DNA from: Epithemia pelagica
Taxonomy: Eukaryota > Protista > Bacillariophyta
Assembly: GCA_946965045.2 (NCBI GenBank)
Contig: OX337240.1
Coordinates: 2,728,001 to 2,792,000, forward strand
Reading direction: 5' to 3'
Length of the DNA: 64,000 bases
Shown here piece by piece: positions 57,801 to 64,000 of this stretch. Each line of letters begins with the position of its first letter. Position 1 is the first letter of the stretch. Below the pieces are notes generated by a model. The model was not told where the DNA came from. It worked only from the letters and a program-made list of their open reading frames with translations, and did no database searches. The position numbers were made by a program, and so were the translations under genes.

Positions 57801-60800
57801 CAGCTCCCGTCTGGCCCGAGATGAGTGTGCACTCAACTCCTCTTCCTTGCCTTCTTCGCTCTCGAATCATGGAGCACCGACCCATTGACCAGAAATATGA
57901 TCAATTTGTCTCGTTCTTGAATCAAAGTAACGCCACGCCTTCTCCCGTGAATATTTCCGATCCACCGCCCGTCGATCTACATTCAAGAAGCACAGCGTGT
58001 GAGACCTTGGAGAACATGGCTGATGAATCTGTCTCATCCACCTCTTTCGTCGACAACAGTCAACTTGGTGCACTGTACGTACCAACAGATACCAGCGAAA
58101 CCGACGACGACTCTAGGACCAAAAGGCGCAGCGAAAATCCATTTGCAAAATACTATGCCTGTGCTGCCATGGTGGATCTCGACGACACCACAAACTTGCA
58201 AGGAGACGATGCTGCAGAAAATGAAGCCGAACTGGCTCGCCATCCTGACACCATGGATGAGCTGATCACAAGTGCGGCCGACCACTTATGGTTTTTGTAT
58301 GCTGAGTATTCCCATGCAGCTGACCCGGGACTCAAAGATCTTTTGACTCTTCGGATTCAAAATACCCGTCGCATGATTCGCGACATGTGGTATTTTATTC
58401 TTGAGTGCGAACAAACACCAGGATCGCCCTACGAACATGCAGGATTGAGTCTCGTACATGATGTAGCCTATGAACTGACGAAATGTGGACCAATTTCACC
58501 ACCGAGGTACAACTTGGATCGCCCCTGTCTTACGGTCACTCCCGATCGAGTCTCTTCTAATGACTCCATCTCTACTGTGACTGTTGACCAAGACAGGTCC
58601 TATCCTACAGATGACCACGCGAAGGTTTATATGGCTGCCTTTGACATGTCATACACCGAGTCAACCCGCCGTGATCGCCCTTACGTGACTCCGCCACGCG
58701 CTCCCGCGCCTGTCGACACTACTGTTGACTCAAGATCCCTGCGCCGTCACATGTTACGTGCTAGCTTCATCACGTTGGTTGTGGTGGTACCCAGTGTCCT
58801 CTATCTTCTGCCATCACCCCAACCCTCCACCTATGCAACTACAGTCTTCACAGACGGAATGGCCTCTCTCATGTCTAGCTTTGGCTACTACTGGATGGGA
58901 ACCAAGACTTTATTTTATGGACTATGGGCTTTGCTCTGGAGCGTTTTGGCTCATCCATCATGCCAACCTGCCTTCTTTACTTGGCTTTCCTGCTGGATTG
59001 TTGTTTTGATCTTGCTTCCCAAGACCATTTCACCCGTGACAGGCCATCCTTCTCCTTTGTTCAACTCCACATCGACACCTTCCGTCCACCATTTCCGTGC
59101 CACTCTCCATCCGGTACCTCCGCCCTCTTCTACCTTATCATCTGGTGGATTGTGGAGTGTGGTGAGCAATGGACTGGCCTATGCAATGAGCCGCCGTTTC
59201 CCGCTCATTTACATCCGTTTGATTGTTGGGTCGTTTTGTAAGTTGTTGCATCTGGACTCTTTTGGGTCCACTCACGCTGCTCCTCCGTGTGCACCAGTCA
59301 GTACCCGTCCGAAAAGAGGGAAGAACACTGCATTCCCTTTGAATCACCCTCGTGTCAAACGAAAGCCGTCGTTTCGATCCGTGACTTCTTCACCGGCACA
59401 CAAGCGAGCACGTATGCGACAACGGATGCCGCGACCAATCCCTCTCCGTCGTCGCGCAACTCCGTACAACAACAACAACAACTCAGCACGTACCAGGTTT
59501 AATCCACCCATGGGAACCCGCAGCTCTGTGATTCCCACGAATAGCTACCAGCGCTTCCATTACAACAACCGAACCTCGTTCACGACGCCCAATCGTCGTA
59601 ACAGAAACACCGATAACCACTCACCCACTCGAAGTGAAGCCTTGAGGAGCAACCGACAGTCATCAACCCCAAGACAAGTCTTTGGTTTGACTGCATACCT
59701 TGAGGAACTCCGCTCCCTCAACGCCTTTCAAGTCTTGGGGAACACACGCAACTACGACTCATGGAGGTACATCACTCCTGCTGGCTTGGAAGCGTGCCTT
59801 CAGGATCCAATGGCCTTGAGGAGCGCAATGCCGAATGATGCGTCTTATCCCATCATCTGGGATAGTGGCGCCAGCATCTCCATTACCAACAACGAAAAAG
59901 ACTTCGTGGGCAAGATCGAACCACTACCAAACTTCAAGGTGAAAGGCATTGCCAATCGCATGAAAGCGATTGGCCGCGGACAGGTCTTGTGGAGCATCCT
60001 TGATTCTTCTGGGAACATCCGACAACTTCGAATTCCTGCTTTCCTGGTACCCAAGACAAGTGTCAGACTGTTATCGACACAGAGTTTGCTTCAGACGTAT
60101 GACGGCGAAAAGATTGTGCAAGACGGTAAAACATTGGTACTCACCGGTTTACCTGAAGACACAACACGAACACAAGTCACTGTCGTTGTGAATCCGCAAA
60201 ACAATCTCCCAATGTCGTACGGTTACAACCATGAGGAAGTAACCAAGAGTTCGCATGCTCTCAACACAATCGTCAACGAAACATCAGAACAAAACAAGAA
60301 TCTTAGTGAGACACAGAAGGAACTGGTACGTTGGCATCTACGCCTTGGGCACCTATCGTTTCGTCGAATCCAGTTCATTATGAGAACTGGAATTCTCGCA
60401 AAAACTGAGCAACAGCGTCGTTTGCACACAAAAGCAGCATCACTCACCGACTTACCTCTTTGTGCAGCGTGTCAATATGGAAAACAAAAGAGACGTCCAT
60501 CACCTGGAACCTTGAGTTCCATTGTAAAAGACAGACGGGGAATAACAAAAGCCAGAAATCTTTACCCTGGTCAGTGTGTAAGCGTAGATCACTTTGTATG
60601 CTCCACTAAAGGACGCTTATTTACATCCCGAGACAAGTCAAAATCTTCCGACCTGTACATGGGCGGCGCAATCTTTGTAGACCACGCTTCGGGGTACACC
60701 TGGATTGGGTTCCAGAGTCATCTAAACACCCATGAGACCCTACGAGTAAAAGACTCATTCGAACTTTTCTGTAGAGATGTGGGAGTTGTGCCCCTACAGT

Positions 60801-63538
60801 ACCTAACTGACAATGGCTCTGCCTTTACATCGGCTAAATATACGGAGTCCCTACAAAATTTTGCACAAACTTATCGATTTGCGGGAGTTGGGGCACATCA
60901 CCATGCCGGTATAGCCGAACGTGCAATACAAACCATTATGTCTATAGCAAGAACGATGATGCTACACGTGGCCATACAATGGCCCGAAATGGCTGATCCT
61001 TCTCTATGGCCAATGGCAGTCGCACATGCAACTTTCTTAAGTAACCATGTCCCAAGCCTCGACACGGGCATAAGTCCCCATGACTTGTTTACACGAACAA
61101 GATGGGAGCAACGGAAATTCCATGACTTACATGTGTGGGGTTGTCCCGTCTATGTATTGGACAAAGCCATGGCTGACGGTAAGAAGCTTCCACGATGGAA
61201 GCCCCGCTCCACGCGAGGAATTCTCATGGGCCTAAGTACCCGTCATGCTACAACTGTACCACTGGTACTCAACCCCAATACGGGGTATATTACCCCTCAA
61301 TTCCACGTTGTCTTCGACGACTGGTTTAGTACAATTGCCACATCCGTTGAAGACCTTCCTGACCTTACCAGTCACGAATGGGACCGACTTTTTGGTGACT
61401 CACACTACCAATACATTGAGGACGATGATGATCTAGACTATGAGTCTCCAGCTCCACATGATGTTCTACATCATTCCGACTTTGGCAACAAACAGACCAC
61501 TGTAACTCGATCTATTGAGACTCACGACCCCCCTTCCGTCCTCCCTAGTCATTCTAACTCTCCTGGTATCTACCCTCTTAATACTCCTGGCTCTGCTCCA
61601 GGCGAGAAACCGGTGCCGTTGTCAGAGGGAGTAACCCCTCTTTCTCCATCGACGCCCCTTTCTCAGAGGGAAACAGTCCGTACCACTCCTACCAAACTAC
61701 CTACTATCGCAGAGCAACCTTCTCCTATGACCCCTTCTTTGCCTGCACCCCCTTCTTTCGAGCCATCCACTCCTCAGAGGGAGCAACCACAATCGCCTCG
61801 CATCCCTACTCCAGCTCCCACACCTGGTCCAACTATGGTGTCTAGGCGTTCCGGACGAACTATTCGACCGCCCAAACGCTATGTACAAGACCTATGTAGT
61901 TTCCCAGCCTCTGTCCAGTCTAGTGACCTTCTCTCCATGATGAAAGCTTCCTTATCAGATCCTGACACCCTCAGTTATGATGAAGCTATGCGAGATAAGG
62001 ATCTCACCAAGTGGCAGGCTGCAGCCAGCAAAGAAATCCGAGAACTAGAAGAAAAGGGAACATGGGTAGAGGTGCAGCAGAGTGAAGCAACTACGCGAAT
62101 TTTACCCGGTACCTGGGTGTTTAAACGCAAAAGAACCCCTGACGGAGAAATTTCCAAGTTCAAAGCACGATATTGCGTTCGCGGTGACCTCCAGGAGTCA
62201 GAGCAAGAGAACTATTCCCCTGTAGTCAACTGGAGTACTATTCGCATTGTACTCACCCTCAGTCTGATTCTAGGATGGGAACTTGCATGCATTGACTTCA
62301 ATAACGCTTTCGTGCAAGCCACTTTGAATGAACCCGTATGGATCCATCTGCCTAGAGGATTTCGATCATCGTTAAAAGGAACTACATGCCTTAGGTTGGT
62401 CAAAAGCCTCTATGGATTGTCATCGGCACCTAGACTGTGGTATGACCACCTAATACAGGCCCTCAAGGAAGACGGATTCCAAATGAGTAAACACGACCAA
62501 TGTTTACTGTACAAGGAAAACATAATCATCTTTCTATGGGTAGACGACTGTGGAGTGTGCGCACCTACAATTACCTTAATTGACGAACTAGTTGAACGAT
62601 TGAAGAAAAAGGGCTTATCACTGGAAAAAGAAGGAAATTTCACCAATTATTTGGGGATCAACTTTGTCCGAGATGAAAAGACCAATTCGATCACCATGAC
62701 TCAAAAGGGACTTATCAACAAGGTAATTGACGCTACCAATATGCAGGACTGCAACCCGAATTGGACCCCTGCTACACAATTAGCATTGGGAAGCGATCCT
62801 GATGGGGAACCCATGAAAGAGAAATGGCAATACAGCTCTATCGTGGGAATGTTACTGTACCTTGCAACTAACACCCGACCAGATATAGCCTTCGCTGTGA
62901 GCCAAGTAGCACGATTCAACTCTAATCCGAAGAAATCACATGCGGCAGCAGTGAAAACTATAGTGCGCTATCTAGCACGCACCAAGGATAAAGGAACCAT
63001 CTTTACGCCAACTAAAGATTTCAAGCTAGATTGCTATGTAGATGCCGATTTCGCAGGACTACATGGAAGGGAGCCTCAAGACAACCCAGTAAGTGCTAAG
63101 TCCAGGACTGGTTACATTCTTAGCTTTTGTGGGTGTCCTCTTATTTGGCGGTCGCAGCTACAATCATCAGTTGCACTAAGTACCCTCCAAGCCGAGTACC
63201 ACGCTCTCTCCCAAGCCATGCGAAGTGTGATAGCTACAAGACGCGTGATAGAGGAACTTCTAGCAAACCTAGACCTGCCATTTGAGAAGCCGACCATCTT
63301 CTCTGAAGTATTTGAAGACAATACAGGTGCCTTCTATCTTGCAACTAAGCAAAGATTGACACCTAGGACAAAACACTTCAACACGTACTTACACTTCTTC
63401 TGGGAACATGTAGGTGATCACCCAGGCGGAGTGAAGGTAAGCATGGTAGGAACCGAGGAACAAAGGGCAGATTATTTCACCAAGTGCCAAACTCGGGAAC
63501 TCTTCGAAAAGTGCCGTAAGCTCAATCAAGGATGGTAA
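54893..63538 (+). CDS. Gag-Pol polyprotein (2881-codon frame; first ATG 55112)
   Basis: Knuckle-like WCGVCTRWNTSH-x4-H, protease IIWDSGAS, WHLRLGH...CxxC, integrase VSVDHF/LTDNG/AERAI, RT LYGL/WVDD, RNase H YVDADF/QAEY/FEDN/RADYFTK. Confidence 0.97.
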   Translation: MSIPGDEDTVSSTVDLPTPVANPTNEDALVDEQGQSIAASESQIVESPPGPSNNDTQHQGLIVASQRQRRKTTMSDETPTPPPGIDYRPDPPKIGGLVRSKKDEWVAWTGGKPTYKWDGLEVKATEPLRTMQIRTLTDKKYYDRISGPDEKYSKKTGDFSRLQDEIKQHLIKHGMDSIAYLPNPHDPKDMLFIVIEHPKYTMSKVKELMKTQIVSYDKYDRNNDVSAQDYLLDCLEKSFRHEVEDQSREVTCFPELFMVLVTIVTHDSPQHWEQVKHEMRALVPHKYPGHDIMALTKDFSEKARPLIAAGQYDHTLTGNLLANILKTEWPDTPKFDLLTLNKRVNDGIIHIRFLDRSIGDSHMKKERLLYTDVIEEANKKYLICVKEGEWSPKRSSPDSKSVPSSFTANKATVSKTKKKRHSIMTQASLNALIQTLRNPPGSNPTPSNGPNTQPGSNHRDRKGKPIHKRNNTRVDRSQAHPWKKIPPAPGAPEQQTIQGQRWFWCGVCTRWNTSHTTANHIVGYKKSPGDKDKAKPRNATHAKKLELEVSAWQTEFDLDQLDPPALPVAALPDCMSLASVDCCEALMNDDDDCCDSVDCCKDTVDHYVFFTIWDMSPSDDSSSMDCSSTNSGNDDDDTDRTPPIPFDELRRILSPNNNEPTATNHNDSDHKDDDNEPCTCNTETKEKKTSTNNETVSICRPHKDDDSSTESEDNEDEYADMPPLVAQKLTPVVANKDLPSSASNKEEEQEKKKGKLSGSHAKTLYFDRWDDIDMWYGSDHSPTDQRTFSSVEANAAVHDKSFDSTKIKQEDEQDSDENAGGLDTTMDTQEGSLISHDNSSDLTHLKNLQEGLLDDSKPPALRRPEISPVTNPTPLRHDQFPTPATEALEQWTRGFVPRPRPRDPRISIEQEANTAKRDGMRYERAQYTVYALRHQEPELTVAVAYQRVKDEEWFVGWFIDGTRIPNHPNPAPVWPEMSVHSTPLPCLLRSRIMEHRPIDQKYDQFVSFLNQSNATPSPVNISDPPPVDLHSRSTACETLENMADESVSSTSFVDNSQLGALYVPTDTSETDDDSRTKRRSENPFAKYYACAAMVDLDDTTNLQGDDAAENEAELARHPDTMDELITSAADHLWFLYAEYSHAADPGLKDLLTLRIQNTRRMIRDMWYFILECEQTPGSPYEHAGLSLVHDVAYELTKCGPISPPRYNLDRPCLTVTPDRVSSNDSISTVTVDQDRSYPTDDHAKVYMAAFDMSYTESTRRDRPYVTPPRAPAPVDTTVDSRSLRRHMLRASFITLVVVVPSVLYLLPSPQPSTYATTVFTDGMASLMSSFGYYWMGTKTLFYGLWALLWSVLAHPSCQPAFFTWLSCWIVVLILLPKTISPVTGHPSPLFNSTSTPSVHHFRATLHPVPPPSSTLSSGGLWSVVSNGLAYAMSRRFPLIYIRLIVGSFCKLLHLDSFGSTHAAPPCAPVSTRPKRGKNTAFPLNHPRVKRKPSFRSVTSSPAHKRARMRQRMPRPIPLRRRATPYNNNNNSARTRFNPPMGTRSSVIPTNSYQRFHYNNRTSFTTPNRRNRNTDNHSPTRSEALRSNRQSSTPRQVFGLTAYLEELRSLNAFQVLGNTRNYDSWRYITPAGLEACLQDPMALRSAMPNDASYPIIWDSGASISITNNEKDFVGKIEPLPNFKVKGIANRMKAIGRGQVLWSILDSSGNIRQLRIPAFLVPKTSVRLLSTQSLLQTYDGEKIVQDGKTLVLTGLPEDTTRTQVTVVVNPQNNLPMSYGYNHEEVTKSSHALNTIVNETSEQNKNLSETQKELVRWHLRLGHLSFRRIQFIMRTGILAKTEQQRRLHTKAASLTDLPLCAACQYGKQKRRPSPGTLSSIVKDRRGITKARNLYPGQCVSVDHFVCSTKGRLFTSRDKSKSSDLYMGGAIFVDHASGYTWIGFQSHLNTHETLRVKDSFELFCRDVGVVPLQYLTDNGSAFTSAKYTESLQNFAQTYRFAGVGAHHHAGIAERAIQTIMSIARTMMLHVAIQWPEMADPSLWPMAVAHATFLSNHVPSLDTGISPHDLFTRTRWEQRKFHDLHVWGCPVYVLDKAMADGKKLPRWKPRSTRGILMGLSTRHATTVPLVLNPNTGYITPQFHVVFDDWFSTIATSVEDLPDLTSHEWDRLFGDSHYQYIEDDDDLDYESPAPHDVLHHSDFGNKQTTVTRSIETHDPPSVLPSHSNSPGIYPLNTPGSAPGEKPVPLSEGVTPLSPSTPLSQRETVRTTPTKLPTIAEQPSPMTPSLPAPPSFEPSTPQREQPQSPRIPTPAPTPGPTMVSRRSGRTIRPPKRYVQDLCSFPASVQSSDLLSMMKASLSDPDTLSYDEAMRDKDLTKWQAAASKEIRELEEKGTWVEVQQSEATTRILPGTWVFKRKRTPDGEISKFKARYCVRGDLQESEQENYSPVVNWSTIRIVLTLSLILGWELACIDFNNAFVQATLNEPVWIHLPRGFRSSLKGTTCLRLVKSLYGLSSAPRLWYDHLIQALKEDGFQMSKHDQCLLYKENIIIFLWVDDCGVCAPTITLIDELVERLKKKGLSLEKEGNFTNYLGINFVRDEKTNSITMTQKGLINKVIDATNMQDCNPNWTPATQLALGSDPDGEPMKEKWQYSSIVGMLLYLATNTRPDIAFAVSQVARFNSNPKKSHAAAVKTIVRYLARTKDKGTIFTPTKDFKLDCYVDADFAGLHGREPQDNPVSAKSRTGYILSFCGCPLIWRSQLQSSVALSTLQAEYHALSQAMRSVIATRRVIEELLANLDLPFEKPTIFSEVFEDNTGAFYLATKQRLTPRTKHFNTYLHFFWEHVGDHPGGVKVSMVGTEEQRADYFTKCQTRELFEKCRKLNQGW

Positions 63539-63578
63539 ACTGAGTCTACGGCATGTCGTAATTCCCCAATCACTCCAT

Positions 63579-63589
63579 GAGAGGGAGAG
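63579..63589 (+). promoter_or_regulatory. Polypurine tract
   Basis: GAGAGGGAGAG immediately before the 3' LTR. Confidence 0.8.
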
Positions 63590-64000
63590 TTAAAGTACGG
63601 CTAGCTATAGACCTAGAACTACCTTTCGAAGAACAACACCTAGACTCTATGAGAGTACACGTCTACCATGACATAGCTGTGCCATCTGTCCTGCAAGCTT
63701 GTGCGAACACGTGCGTGGACGGCTGACGAAGCTGTGCCCATGTATGTGACATGTCCGAGCCTGCGGCACAATGTTCCCTCTCTGAATAACCCTGGTGTTT
63801 TGTGATACACATTTACATATGCCCACTACTATCTACGACAGGCAAAAGCCGGACGAGCTCCACTCGGAAGCAAAGTCCAGGCTATGTCTCACCTAAAACA
63901 TACACGTCTCCAACTTACAACAAGATTCACCAAAGGATCATGGATACTTGGTTCAAGCCAATAGTTCCGCCTTTATCCCTCACAGTTTGAGTATATGGAA
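63590..64000 (+). repeat. 3' LTR (partial, window edge)
   Basis: No differences seen by eye from 53866-54276. Confidence 0.9.

Larger units (their letters stand above)
53866..64000 (+). mobile_element. Ty1/Copia (CoDi-like) LTR retrotransposon, apparently intact; 3' LTR cut by the window edge
   Basis: Matching LTR sequence at a 9724-bp offset; single gag-pol ORF in PR-IN-RT-RH order; PBS and PPT present. Confidence 0.97.

Noticed and set aside
1-64000. rRNA/tRNA genes and the many antisense ORFs over long genes
   Set aside because: No rRNA or tRNA signature seen; the antisense ORFs are shadows of low-complexity coding regions.

Overview
Eukaryotic nuclear DNA, most likely from a diatom or other stramenopile (inferred from short GT-AG introns, T/Q/S-rich low-complexity proteins and a CoDi-like Copia element). 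Both flanks are TE-rich and the middle (about 22.7-48.5 kb) holds host genes. In order: (1) a Crypton-type tyrosine-recombinase element (about 420-8142) with five apparently intronless cargo ORFs, two of them divergent paralogues. (2) A structurally complete 6.9 kb hAT transposon (11713-18610; 14-bp TIRs, 8-bp TSD) carrying its transposase plus an intact, convergently transcribed Nth-like HhH-GPD DNA glycosylase that lacks the Fe-S motif. (3) A family of about 85-nt palindromes, present as a 152-bp tandem array and as decayed copies in a larger dispersed repeat. (4) Two 539-bp TA-target MITEs, each beside tandem copies of its own empty site. (5) Host genes: amino-acid transporter, TKL kinase, PhoD-like phosphatase and hypotheticals. 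(6) A Crinkler/RHS-like NTPase+REase pseudogene. (7) A Ty1/Copia element (53866 to window end) with one 2881-codon ORF, an in-frame hydrophobic insert, half-tRNA-type PBS and apparent TT...AA LTR ends. The best candidates for an undescribed system are the glycosylase-carrying hAT and the cargo-carrying Crypton. All calls come from reading motifs by eye; no database search was run.
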